DNA of 64,000 bases from Gemmatimonas sp. (GTDB lineage Bacteria > Gemmatimonadota > Gemmatimonadetes > Gemmatimonadales > Gemmatimonadaceae): assembly GCA_965279375.1 (NCBI GenBank), contig OZ257156.1:768001-832000 (forward strand). Direction: 5' to 3'. Shown here piece after piece: positions 18,777 to 28,653 of the stretch. The translations under genes were made by a program, and so were the position numbers. The notes beneath the pieces were generated by a model. That model was given only the letters and a program-made list of their open reading frames with translations, had not been told where the DNA came from and did no database searches. Every line of letters begins with the position of its first letter. Position 1 is the first letter of the stretch.

Positions 18777-21700
18777 CTACCGAAAACCCGTCACCTCTTC
18801 CTCGGCCGCCGTCTGCCGCGGCGTCCGCACGTCGTTCGGCTTCACCTCGATCGCCGGCTTCCCCTTCTCCTTGAGGAACGCGTCCACCGGCGGCAGCAAC
18901 TCCTTCCACGCCTTCCGCAGCTCGACCATGTACCCCTCGAGTTCGGCGTTCAACAGGTTGAACACTTCCACCGACTGCTTCGTCGGCCGGGCCTCCGTGC
19001 TCCCCACCACGCCCGACAACGCCGCGATCTGGTTGTTCACCTTGATCGGGTAGTTGAGCGGATCCTGGCCCGACTGGTTCTTCACCTGATAGACCAGCGC
19101 CTCGACCTCGGTGATCTTGGCATCGAGCGCCGCAGCCAGCGGCTTGAACTTGGCCGAGTCGGCGGCGTCCATCCCCTTCATGCGGTCGGCCAACTGCGCG
19201 CGGACGTAGCGCACCGTGCGAACTGCATCATTCGCATCTGTCGTGCGATCGCGGATCTGCATCAGCAGCTTGTACTGCGCGATCAGATCGGCCTGCGTGG
19301 CGTTGCTGCGCGGGTCCTTCTTGACGATGAACTTGGACTCCTGCGCCGTCGCGCCATCCACCACCAGGCGAACCGTGTACGTGCCCGGAATGATCAGCGG
19401 GCCGTTCGTACCGCCGGCCCAGTAGATCATGCCGTCAAAGCGCGTCGCATCCGGCTCGCGCAGATTCCACGCGAACGTGTTCATGCCGGCGCGATTGTTC
19501 AAACGCGGGTCGGCCGACGGAGCGTTGCGACCGCCACCGGGTGCCGCGGCCGGCGTCGCCGCCGCCGTGTCGCTCGAGAAACTCTTGATCGTGCGCCCAG
19601 TGGAATCCCGGAACTCGAGCGTGAGTTTGCGCGCCGGCTGCTTGAGCCAGTAGTACACGATTGCACCGGCCGGCGGATTGGCACCCACCTGCCCACCCGC
19701 ACCGCCACCAAAGCCCGCCTGCCACGTGATGCGATACGTGGAGCGCGGCGTGAACAGATGTGACGACGACGCGATGGCTTCGGTCGTCAGCTGACGCAGC
19801 GCGCTCAGGTCGTCAATCACCCAGAATGAACGACCATGCGTCGCCGCGATCAGGTCACCATCGCGCACCGCGAGATCGTGCACCGGCACGATCGGCAGGT
19901 TGCGACGGAGCGAGAACCATGTCGCACCGTCATCCAGCGACGCCCACACGCCACGCTCGGTGCCCGCGTAGAGCAGGCCGCGACGCTCTTCGTCTTCACG
20001 AATCACGCGCGTGAACTCGGTGGACGGAATGCCGCCCGTCTTCCCCGAGCCATCGATGCGCGTCCAGCTCTTGCCGTAGTCCGCCGTCTTGAAGAGATAC
20101 GGCTCGTTGTCATCCATCTGGAAGCGATTGGCCGCGACGTACGCGACCGCCGGATTGAAGCGGCTCGCTTCGATGATGGAGATGCGCGCCCACTCGCGCT
20201 CCTTGAGCAGCGGCGGCGTCACGTTCGTCCACGTCTTGCCCGCATCGCGCGTGATCTGCACGAGACCGTCGTCGGTGCCGCCCCAGATCACGCCCTTCGT
20301 CACTGGCGATTCGGCGATCGCGAACACCGTGCCGTAGTACTCGACGCTCGTCTGGTCCTTCGTGATCGGACCGCCGGACGGACCCAGCGTGCGCGGATCG
20401 TTGCGCGAGAGATCCGGCGAGATCACCTGATAGCTGTCGCCTTCATTGATCGTCTTGAAGAGCACGCTCGATCCTACGTACAACGTCTTCGGGTCATGCG
20501 GGCTCACGACAATCGGGAAGGTCCACTGCATGCGATACTTGGAGTCCTTCGCATCGTGCCCCATCGGGTTGAGCGGCCACGGATTGATGTTGCGCTCGAG
20601 TCCATTGCGCAGATCCTTGCGCGTCAGCAACCCGCCGTAGCTGCCGGCAAAGACGATATCCGGATCGGTCGGCAACGACGCGATGAAGCCTGACTCACCG
20701 CCGCCCGCGTCCAGCCAATCGCTGATGCCGATGCCGCCGATCTTGCGCGACGGTCCGCACAGCGTGCTGTTGTCCTGCTGCGCACCGCAAATGCGGTACG
20801 GGAAGTGATTGGTCGTCGTGACGTGATAGAACTGCGCCGTCGCGAAGTCCTGCTCGGTCCACGTACGGCCGCCATCCGTCGACACGCTGGCGCCGCCATC
20901 ATCGCCTTCGATCATTCGCTGCGGATTCGTCGCCGACAGCCACATGTCGTGCGAGTCGCCGTGTGGCGGGTTCAAGTTGACGAACGTCTTGCCACCATCG
21001 CGCGACACCTGGAACGACACGTTGCTGACGTACACGACATCGGCGTTCTTGTGGTCGGCGTACACCTTGGTGTAGTACCACGCACGCTGACGCAGATTGC
21101 GGTTGTCGCTCGTGCGCGTCCACGTCGCGCCGCCATCGTCCGAGCGATAGAGGCCACCCTCGTCCGCTTCGATCAGCGCAAACACGCGCTGTGAGTTGGC
21201 GCCGCTCACGCTGATGCCGATGTTGCCCCACAGGCCGGCCGGCAGCCCCTTGTTGCGTGTGATCTCGGTCCACGTGTCGCCGCCGTCGGTGCTCTTGAAC
21301 ATCCCCGAGCCCTTGCCGCCCGACTCGAGCTTCCACGGCTTGCGATACACCTGCCAGAAGCCCGCGTACAACACGTTCGGATTGTTCGGATCGATCGCGA
21401 GATCGCCCACGCCGGTCGAGTCATCTCGGAAGAGCACCTTCGACCACGACTTGCCGCCGTCCTTCGTGCGGAACACGCCACGCTCGGCGTTGGGGCCCCA
21501 CACATGGCCGAGTGCCGCCACGTAGGCGATGTCCGGATTGGTCGGATGCACCTTCACGTCGGCGATCTGGCGCGTGTCGTTGAGGCCGATGTTCGTCCAC
21601 GTCTTGCCACCGTCGGTGGTTTTCCAGACGCCATCACCGTGCGACACGTTGCCGCGCAGCGGGAACTCACCGCCGCCCACATACACGATGTCCGGGTTGG

Positions 21701-22103
21701 ACGCTGACACGCCGATCGCGCCGATCGTGCCGCCGAAGTACTTGTCCGTCATCGGCGCCCAGTTCGTGCCGCCGTCGGTCGTCTTGAAGACACCGGCGCC
21801 CGTCGTGCCCATCCAGTACTCGTTGGGACGCGCCTCGCTGCCGGCCACCGCCACCGAGCGACCGCCGCGGAACGGCCCCACTTCTCGCCAGCGAATCGCG
21901 CCGAGGGCCAGACTATCGAACGGCGCCGCCATCGGAACGGTGGCTGGCTTGAGCACCGGGCGCGGCACCGATACCGGGCGCGCCACCGGCTTGGTCGCCG
22001 TCGCCTGCGCATATCCGACGGCAGGGAAGGCGAGAACGGACAGCATCGACGCGGTGCGCAGCGCACGATGTCCGAGCGAAGAACGGCAAGGTCGAAAAGA
22101 CAC
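18777..22103 (-). CDS. VPS10/sortilin-like BNR (Asp-box) repeat beta-propeller protein (putative glycosyl hydrolase), secreted
   Basis: WREVGPFRGGRS, many SxDGGxTW Asp-boxes, QQDNS, ATHGRSFW. GTG 22103 with GGAG RBS inferred. Confidence 0.88.
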   Translation of the reverse strand: MSFRPCRSSLGHRALRTASMLSVLAFPAVGYAQATATKPVARPVSVPRPVLKPATVPMAAPFDSLALGAIRWREVGPFRGGRSVAVAGSEARPNEYWMGTTGAGVFKTTDGGTNWAPMTDKYFGGTIGAIGVSASNPDIVYVGGGEFPLRGNVSHGDGVWKTTDGGKTWTNIGLNDTRQIADVKVHPTNPDIAYVAALGHVWGPNAERGVFRTKDGGKSWSKVLFRDDSTGVGDLAIDPNNPNVLYAGFWQVYRKPWKLESGGKGSGMFKSTDGGDTWTEITRNKGLPAGLWGNIGISVSGANSQRVFALIEADEGGLYRSDDGGATWTRTSDNRNLRQRAWYYTKVYADHKNADVVYVSNVSFQVSRDGGKTFVNLNPPHGDSHDMWLSATNPQRMIEGDDGGASVSTDGGRTWTEQDFATAQFYHVTTTNHFPYRICGAQQDNSTLCGPSRKIGGIGISDWLDAGGGESGFIASLPTDPDIVFAGSYGGLLTRKDLRNGLERNINPWPLNPMGHDAKDSKYRMQWTFPIVVSPHDPKTLYVGSSVLFKTINEGDSYQVISPDLSRNDPRTLGPSGGPITKDQTSVEYYGTVFAIAESPVTKGVIWGGTDDGLVQITRDAGKTWTNVTPPLLKEREWARISIIEASRFNPAVAYVAANRFQMDDNEPYLFKTADYGKSWTRIDGSGKTGGIPSTEFTRVIREDEERRGLLYAGTERGVWASLDDGATWFSLRRNLPIVPVHDLAVRDGDLIAATHGRSFWVIDDLSALRQLTTEAIASSSHLFTPRSTYRITWQAGFGGGAGGQVGANPPAGAIVYYWLKQPARKLTLEFRDSTGRTIKSFSSDTAAATPAAAPGGGRNAPSADPRLNNRAGMNTFAWNLREPDATRFDGMIYWAGGTNGPLIIPGTYTVRLVVDGATAQESKFIVKKDPRSNATQADLIAQYKLLMQIRDRTTDANDAVRTVRYVRAQLADRMKGMDAADSAKFKPLAAALDAKITEVEALVYQVKNQSGQDPLNYPIKVNNQIAALSGVVGSTEARPTKQSVEVFNLLNAELEGYMVELRKAWKELLPPVDAFLKEKGKPAIEVKPNDVRTPRQTAAEEEVTGFR

Positions 22104-22254
22104 GGGAAATGCTCCGTTGCGAGACGTGAGGCGGACAGACCGCGACAATGCGGAGTCGGCACACACGTGGCAAGGGGTATTCCGCGGACGCCTCGGCCCA
22201 GCGCGTGCTACGCGTGCACAGGCGCTGTTGTGAAGGCCGGTAACAGTCTCTTGA

Positions 22255-23232
22255 TCAGGCGTCGTCCGCCGCGAGCGCCGCCAGCGAACCGATCCGGATC
22301 ACCGTGCCCCACGGATCCACCGTGCGGAGCGAACCGCCGGTCAAGCGCGTCGCCTCTGCCCCCGCCTTTATGAGACTCGCCTCGAGCTCGGCTACGCTGT
22401 CATCGTCGGGCAGCTCAATTGTCCACTCGAGCAGCCTGGCATCGTCGGCGGTGGACGGTCGCGCGCCGGGACCGGCCCAAACGTTGGTCCCCAGGTGATG
22501 GTGATAGCCACTCGCGCCGAGAAAGAGCGCGCCGGGATAGCGCCACACGGTGCGATCGAAGCCAAGCCCCTCGGAGAAGAACGCCGACGCGCGCTCGATG
22601 TCGCCAACGTGCAGATGCACATGCCCGAGAACGGTGCCCGCCGGCATCTCCGTCCACGGTTCCGGCGAGGCCGCGTCCACCAGTCCCTGCAGGTCCACCG
22701 GGTCGGTGGCCATCGCCAACTCCCGGCCGCTCCGCTGCCAAGTCTCCCGAGGGCGATCCCAGTAGATCTCGATGCCGAGGTCGTCCGGGTCGTGGAGATA
22801 GATCGCTTCACTGACCAGATGATCACCGGCACCGATCGGCTGCCCGATGATTGCCGTGTGCCGCACGAAGCGCGCAAGCGCATCGCGCGTCGGCAGCAGG
22901 ATCGCGAAGTGGTAGAGACCCAGCCGACCACGCCGCGCGGCTGAACGCACGCCGCGCTTCTCGCGCAACGACACCAGCGGCCGATCGCTGCCGGCAACGC
23001 CGAGGGCCGCCGTCGTCTCCGTCTGTGAAAGCACTCGCAGTCCGAGGACCCGCTGGTAGAACGCGAGCGATCGCGCGAGGTCAGACACCTGCAGCTGCAC
23101 TCCGCCGAGCGACGTGTGCTCGGGGAGACGGTAGCCGGACGGCGCGACGCCATAGCTGCCCGGTGTCGCAAAGTCGATCGTCGGCTGTGCGCCGAAGAGG
23201 TCCTTCGACGCGGCGCTGGTGTTGTTGCTCAT
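22255..23232 (-). CDS. catE: VOC family catechol 2,3-dioxygenase (CatE-like)
   Basis: GLYHFAILLP, DHLVSEAIYLHDPD, GHVHLHV and GYHHHLGTNVW motifs. Confidence 0.85.
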   Translation of the reverse strand: MSNNTSAASKDLFGAQPTIDFATPGSYGVAPSGYRLPEHTSLGGVQLQVSDLARSLAFYQRVLGLRVLSQTETTAALGVAGSDRPLVSLREKRGVRSAARRGRLGLYHFAILLPTRDALARFVRHTAIIGQPIGAGDHLVSEAIYLHDPDDLGIEIYWDRPRETWQRSGRELAMATDPVDLQGLVDAASPEPWTEMPAGTVLGHVHLHVGDIERASAFFSEGLGFDRTVWRYPGALFLGASGYHHHLGTNVWAGPGARPSTADDARLLEWTIELPDDDSVAELEASLIKAGAEATRLTGGSLRTVDPWGTVIRIGSLAALAADDA

Positions 23233-23356
23233 GGATGGCAGTTCTCGGTCGAACTCTCGTGGGTGGTTTCCGGGCGCGATGCGAAGGGGGGGCAGAGTGT
23301 TGCAACACACATTCGGTTTCGGTGCGCGTGCCGCCGGTTCAGGATGCGTGGTGTGC

Positions 23357-23824
23357 CTACGCGTGCTCTCGGGCGATCGCGAGCAGTTCGATCAATTGGC
23401 TGAGCTGCTCGACGGACATGTGGCCCATCTGCCGCGCGTGCTCTTCGTCGATCTTGCTGTCGAGCGTTGCAAGGAGCTCGCCGCCCGCCGGGGTGAGGTA
23501 AGTGGACACCAGCCGCCGATCCTCGGTGCTTCGAACCCGCGAGACGAGCCCCGCCTCTTCCATGCGATCCAGCAGACGCGTGACGTCCGGCATGCGGCTG
23601 ATCAGCCGGTCCCGGACCTCATTGCGGCAGAGCCCCGCACTGCCCGCCCCACGCAGGATCCGCAGCACGTTGTACTGCGTCAGACCTATGTTGTACGGCT
23701 TGAGCACCGCTTCGAAGCCGTCGTTCAACACCGAGGCGGTGCGCGCGATGCTCAGCTGAGCCTCCTGAGCGAGACTACCGAACGGTTTCGACTGGCGCAG
23801 TTCTTCCCGCAGCGAGATGGACAT
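23357..23824 (-). CDS. MarR family transcriptional regulator
   Basis: TQYNVLRILRGA, DVTRLLDRMEEAGLVSR..STEDRR...LTPAG. Confidence 0.92.
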   Translation of the reverse strand: MSISLREELRQSKPFGSLAQEAQLSIARTASVLNDGFEAVLKPYNIGLTQYNVLRILRGAGSAGLCRNEVRDRLISRMPDVTRLLDRMEEAGLVSRVRSTEDRRLVSTYLTPAGGELLATLDSKIDEEHARQMGHMSVEQLSQLIELLAIAREHA

Positions 23825-23829
23825 GGAGG

Positions 23830-23858
23830 ATATTACCCGTGTAAACATTTAGTGTCAA
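23830..23858 (-). promoter_or_regulatory. sigma70 promoter of marR (probably leaderless)
   Basis: TTGACA-N17-TAATAT, followed by only 5 nt before ATG 23824; overlaps the inverted repeat GTGTC-aa-GACAC. Confidence 0.7.
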
Positions 23859-24009
23859 GACACCCAATTTTATACGCGCCGTGGCCAACGCCTTGGCCTT
23901 GGACGCACCGGCTTGGTGTCATGCGCTGGCGGGCGAAGAAGAGCCCGCTTTGACGGCGAACGAGATGAGGCGCGCTGAGCTGCATGCCACAAGAGACAGC
24001 GCGCCCGGA

Positions 24010-24050
24010 CGAAAAGCGACCCGTTCCGCGAACTTTTCTCGGAACGGGTC
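24010..24050 (-). terminator. Intrinsic terminator of the 28451-24056 operon
   Basis: GACCCGTTCCG/CGGAACGGGTC 11-bp stem followed on the minus strand by GCTTTT. Confidence 0.6.
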
Positions 24051-24055
24051 CCGGT

Positions 24056-24391
24056 TCAGCGCTTTTTCGTCGATCCCGCTGGCTTGATGGTCGGCACGGG
24101 CGCCCGCAGCGCGCGCGCACCCTGCGCGTCTGCGGTGGCAGCCGTGGACGTCTTCTTCGCCGAGGCCGCCGCGACCTTGGCTTTCGGGTGCTCCGCCACG
24201 TGCGCGTCGATCGCGTTCGTCGCGGTCTTCACCTGCGCCGGCGTGAACGTCACCGACTCCTGCGTGGGACGGGTTTGAGCGGCCAACGTGCTCGGGTGAG
24301 CGAACGCGAGCGCGACGCCGATCGCTGCCAGCGCCGCGAGGCGCGGCGAGAGCGCCGATGAGATGCACGACTGCAAGACGTTGATTCTCAC
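24056..24391 (-). CDS. Small secreted Ala/Lys-rich hypothetical protein
   Basis: GTG overlaps the upstream stop (GTGA); signal peptide RLAALAAIGVALAFAHPSTLAAQ. Confidence 0.55.
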   Translation of the reverse strand: MRINVLQSCISSALSPRLAALAAIGVALAFAHPSTLAAQTRPTQESVTFTPAQVKTATNAIDAHVAEHPKAKVAAASAKKTSTAATADAQGARALRAPVPTIKPAGSTKKR

Positions 24392-24921
24392 TTGTTGCCT
24401 CCGGTTCCGGTGGTCCACGCGCTCGTGCGAGCGACGCTGTCCACCTGAGCAGCCAGGGTTTGCAGCACACGCGGTGCACTGGTGCACCCGGCATCGTGCT
24501 GAACGGTTTTCATCGCGGTGGCGCCGCGCGCGCCGAGTACGGTGCGCGGGCCATCGGGGAGGTAGCGCCCGCACCCCTTCGCCCCCTCGACATACGCACT
24601 GTCGAGCGAAGCGAAGTTGGCGCTGGCGAATCGCTGTTGCAGCGAGCGCACCGCACTCACGGCAATCGAGGCACGTTGCGCACCGACGGTCTTCACGTTC
24701 TTGCGTCCGTCATACTGCACGGTGCCATCCTCGAAGATCTCGACGACGTACTCCGCGCAACGACCGAAGCAGGCGCCGCGCTCGAGACGCACGGCCACGT
24801 TCCCTGTCGCCGGCGTGCTGGGCGTTGCGTGTGAGCGGCACGCCAGCACCGTCACCGCGATCGCCGTGAGCGCGACGGACAGTCGCGCCTGTTGCAGTTG
24901 CTTCGAGATGGAGTTGATCAC
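24388..24921 (-). CDS. DUF6438-like lipoprotein
   Basis: VLAC lipobox; LERGACFGRCAEYVVEIFEDGTVQY motif; GTGA overlap with the upstream gene. Confidence 0.72.
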   Translation of the reverse strand: MINSISKQLQQARLSVALTAIAVTVLACRSHATPSTPATGNVAVRLERGACFGRCAEYVVEIFEDGTVQYDGRKNVKTVGAQRASIAVSAVRSLQQRFASANFASLDSAYVEGAKGCGRYLPDGPRTVLGARGATAMKTVQHDAGCTSAPRVLQTLAAQVDSVARTSAWTTGTGGNK

Positions 24922-27900
24922 TGGCGGATCGCTCCCGTGAAGGGATCGATCGTCGCCTTGGCGCTCTTCACGCCGTCGGAGATGAGCAGATCGAGGCGGT
25001 CAGGCGCGCCGAACTGCGACAGATCGAGCGATCCATTGCGCGCGAGTGCAAGGACATCGCCAGTTCGGCGGTCACGCACCATGATCGCCGGCACCCGCGA
25101 GGGCGACCAGGTCATCTGCATGCGTGCGCCCGACAGCGTGGTAGTCTGCACATCCATGCTCGATGCGTTGAGCGGACCGGTATCACGCATGTTCGTGCGC
25201 ATGCTGCTCTTGGTTCCGCGCACTTCGCGCACTCCGAGCCGTGCCACCTGCGCTTGCACACCCTCGGCCACCGGCACCGCAACGACGAACGCTTCCGTGC
25301 CTGCCGCTGCATCATCCACACCGTACGGCGTGAAGCGATGCGAGAAGAGCACGCGATCCTTGGCGTCGAAGCCTTCGATCACGTAGCGGCCGGAGGCGTC
25401 GTCCTTCGCCGGTGAGGTGGTCATCGAGAACGCCGGGTCGAGCGACAGCTTCCCGTTGACGATGTCGCCGGAGACGAGGAGCACACTCGTCGGCGCGGAG
25501 ATGCCCACGCCGTTCGGATTCGCCTGACGGAAATCCATCACCTTGCGGTAGTTGAACGCGCTGACCCAGTACGGGCGGCAGTACGTCATGATGTCGTTGG
25601 CCGTCGGCGGCTGCAGCGCATTGTTGTTGAACAGGTCCATGCCGTACGTGCCCGTGCGACCGTCGGCGAACGGATAGGTCGGCTCCGGTCCGGCGGCACC
25701 ACCGCAGGGTGAATGACGCAGACTGAGCGTGTGTCCCATTTCGTGCGCGAAGGTGAGCTGCGATTCCTCCGCACCGAAGTCGGAACCTTCGTCCACACCG
25801 ATCGCGGCGCGCGCCGGGATGCCGTTGGCCAAGCCAAGCACACCGCTGCGCCCCGTCGTGCGCACGAGACCGAAGTAGTACGAGGTGGTTCCCTCGGTCT
25901 GGCGCAGGATCTCGATGTCGCGCACCAGTCGGCCCCAATCATCGAAGGACTGCGTACCGATCGTGTAGTCGATCACGAGTGGCGCACGTGCCGCCACGTT
26001 GATCGTGTTCAAAGGCCACATGGATCGGAAGTACGTGAGCAGCGTCGTCGTCGCGACGCCTACCGGACCGTTGCGATTCTGCTGCACCGGCACGAGACGC
26101 AGGTTGAAGGGCGGCACGGTGACGACATTCAACGCCTGCGCTGTCCCGTTCAGCGGGAACTGGTTGTCGTTCTCGGCGCTCTCGGCGACCGCATTGTCCG
26201 GATCGACTTCGGCGAGGAAAGTCACGCCCGCTTTGACCATCGATGACGGAATCACGAAGTTCGCGGAGCAGCACCCTTCATCGAGGTTGAGCGATGGCGT
26301 GGCCGTGCCGTTGAAGGTGCCGAGCACTGTGGTGCCCTGCAGCATGCGCAAGCGAACCGCTGCGGGTGTCAGTCCGGTACGGCTGCCGCGCACGAAGACG
26401 CGCGCCACTGCGCCGCGATCCGCCACGAGCGGAATGCGCCCGTCGGGGACCTGCGTCGCCTGGACGAAGTAGACTGCCGGAATGTCGAGATTGGTGGTCG
26501 TGGACTGCGCCACCGTCACGGGAATCGTGGCGACCTTGGCTGGATCCGCCAACGACGTGACCGTGATGTTCGTTTGGCCGGCCCCGACCGCGCGAATGAG
26601 TCCCGTGGGACTGACGCTCGCGATGTTGGAGTTGCCGCTCGCCCACTGGATCGCGGTGTTCGTCGTGCCTGAAATCGTCGCCGTGGCCTGCAGCGTCTGC
26701 CCGGTCTGCAGGTTGGCGTTGGTCGGCGATGCCGTCAGGTTGATCGAGGTGACGGGAATGCCGCTCACGCCAAGCAGGAACAGCCCGGTTTCGCCGGCGT
26801 TGAACGTGGTGGCGTTCACGATGTACTGACCGGCGGGCAGGTTCGCGACGATGCGGGAGTTGGTGGTGTTGCCCGTCGGCGCATCATCGTTCTCAGCGAC
26901 GACCGCGCCCGTCTGTGCGTTCTGCAGGACGAGATACGCATCGACGGCACTGCTGAGCATGTCGAACTGCACCGACGACGTCGCGCCGAGTACCATGCCG
27001 AAGCGCTGGAAGTAGCGACGAGGGCCACCATTGTCGCTGATCGCGCAATCCTTGGTGGTGAACGTGCTCTGGATCGTCTGCCCGACGGACACCGTCTTGG
27101 TAACGGCACACGGATCGATCGCCGGGCCAAGCGACAATCGATACGCGCCGACGCGATTGGGATAACCGCGTGCGAGTACGGTGTAGCGCCCCGGCTCGAG
27201 CAACACTTCGAGCGCCGCGTCCGTGCCGGCGCCGCTGTCGTCATCCTGCGCGACGATGCGCTCCTGCTCGTCCAGAATGAACAGAATCGGATCGAACTGT
27301 GAGCTCGTCAGCTCAGCCGCCATGTTGTACTTGGTCGTCACGACGATGTCGTAGCGATCTTCGTAGCTGTTGTCGTTCAGGCGACACGCGGTGGTCGTCG
27401 CGAGGTTCGCGGGCACCGTCGTCTGGATCTGCGTCTGGCGCCCGTTGGTGCACGCCGTCGGCGCAGCACGCGCGGTGAGCTGATACGCACCGAAGGTGTT
27501 GGCGTCGTACGTGTTGGCGAGCACGATGTAGCGACCGGCCGGCAGGATGCGCATGATGCGCGCGTTCGTGCCCCCGCCGCCGTCGTCGTCTTCGGCGATA
27601 ACCTTGCCGGAGGCGTCGGCGAGAAAGACATAGGCATCGAACGCTGTGCTGGTCAGCACGACTTCGACTTTCGCGGCCACCGGGAGGGTGAACTCGTAGG
27701 CCTGCGTGGCCGTGTTGTCGCTCAGCTTGCAGTCGGCGGCGGCCAGTGTGCCGTTGACCGACGATCCGTAGGTGAGCGCGCGAACGACCGTGCACGGATC
27801 CTGGATGACCGTGATCGCCGCGGTGCCAGTCGCGCCTTCGGAAAGCGCGTTGATCGTGGCGGTGCCCGCAGCAACGGCGGTGACCAGTCCGGTCTGCGAG

Positions 27901-28451
27901 ACCGTCGCGACCGCGGGCGCGGTGCTCGCCCATTGAATGACGCGTCCCGGCAACGTGTTGCCTGCCGCATCTCGCGCCACCGCGGTCAATTGCGACGGCG
28001 CCTTGCCGAGGGTCAGCTGCGTCGCGCTTGGCGTCACCACGACCGCTGCAACCGGCGTGCGCACCACGACCGACGCGCTGCCGCTACGCCCATCGATATT
28101 GGCGGTCACGGTCGCCGTACCGTCGCTCACGCCGGTCAGGACGCCGCCGGACGATACGGTCACCACACTCGGCGCGGACGATGTCCACGTCACCGAGCGG
28201 CCGCTGATGGCGGCACCACTCGCTTCGCGCGCCGTCGCCGTGAGCGGCGTCGATTGACCCGGCGCCATGTTGACGGTGAGTGGCGCTACATCGACTGTGG
28301 CTACGACCTTGGGCGCGGCCGATTCGCCACCGCCACACGCGGCCAATGCCAGCAGCGCCGCCGTCATCGACACGCGGCGCGCCAGCCGATGTCCGACGAG
28401 ACCCGAGGCGCGTTTCAGCTCCTGTCCCATGTAATGCATGATGTGATGCAT
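24918..28451 (-). CDS. Lipoprotein with Ig-like (Big_2) domains, three PPC-like repeats and a zincin (M66-like) metallopeptidase domain
   Basis: LAAC lipobox; WTSSAPSVVTVSSGG Big_2 repeats; repeats with DDDGGG/DDDSGAG/NDD; HEMGHTLSLRH plus Met-turn DIMTY. Confidence 0.8.
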   Translation of the reverse strand: MHHIMHYMGQELKRASGLVGHRLARRVSMTAALLALAACGGGESAAPKVVATVDVAPLTVNMAPGQSTPLTATAREASGAAISGRSVTWTSSAPSVVTVSSGGVLTGVSDGTATVTANIDGRSGSASVVVRTPVAAVVVTPSATQLTLGKAPSQLTAVARDAAGNTLPGRVIQWASTAPAVATVSQTGLVTAVAAGTATINALSEGATGTAAITVIQDPCTVVRALTYGSSVNGTLAAADCKLSDNTATQAYEFTLPVAAKVEVVLTSTAFDAYVFLADASGKVIAEDDDGGGGTNARIMRILPAGRYIVLANTYDANTFGAYQLTARAAPTACTNGRQTQIQTTVPANLATTTACRLNDNSYEDRYDIVVTTKYNMAAELTSSQFDPILFILDEQERIVAQDDDSGAGTDAALEVLLEPGRYTVLARGYPNRVGAYRLSLGPAIDPCAVTKTVSVGQTIQSTFTTKDCAISDNGGPRRYFQRFGMVLGATSSVQFDMLSSAVDAYLVLQNAQTGAVVAENDDAPTGNTTNSRIVANLPAGQYIVNATTFNAGETGLFLLGVSGIPVTSINLTASPTNANLQTGQTLQATATISGTTNTAIQWASGNSNIASVSPTGLIRAVGAGQTNITVTSLADPAKVATIPVTVAQSTTTNLDIPAVYFVQATQVPDGRIPLVADRGAVARVFVRGSRTGLTPAAVRLRMLQGTTVLGTFNGTATPSLNLDEGCCSANFVIPSSMVKAGVTFLAEVDPDNAVAESAENDNQFPLNGTAQALNVVTVPPFNLRLVPVQQNRNGPVGVATTTLLTYFRSMWPLNTINVAARAPLVIDYTIGTQSFDDWGRLVRDIEILRQTEGTTSYYFGLVRTTGRSGVLGLANGIPARAAIGVDEGSDFGAEESQLTFAHEMGHTLSLRHSPCGGAAGPEPTYPFADGRTGTYGMDLFNNNALQPPTANDIMTYCRPYWVSAFNYRKVMDFRQANPNGVGISAPTSVLLVSGDIVNGKLSLDPAFSMTTSPAKDDASGRYVIEGFDAKDRVLFSHRFTPYGVDDAAAGTEAFVVAVPVAEGVQAQVARLGVREVRGTKSSMRTNMRDTGPLNASSMDVQTTTLSGARMQMTWSPSRVPAIMVRDRRTGDVLALARNGSLDLSQFGAPDRLDLLISDGVKSAKATIDPFTGAIRQ

Positions 28452-28653
28452 GCTCCTGACTCACCGCGTGAGAGTGTGCCTTCCGTTTCGCGCTCGATCC
28501 CTGGCGACACCGGACCAGCCGAGGGCGAGAATCGTTGCGACCTCTAGTACGCGCAGAATTCACCCAGAAAGTGTCACGCCATCGATTTCAGGAATAGAGC
28601 GCGTCCGAATTGCCCACGGGCAGAGGTCGGTTGACCCCCTGCCGCTCCCCGGG

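Noticed and set aside
17721..19763. 680-aa plus-strand ORF
   Set aside because: Antisense to two well-supported genes, crosses a hairpin, and is Arg-rich with no motif.
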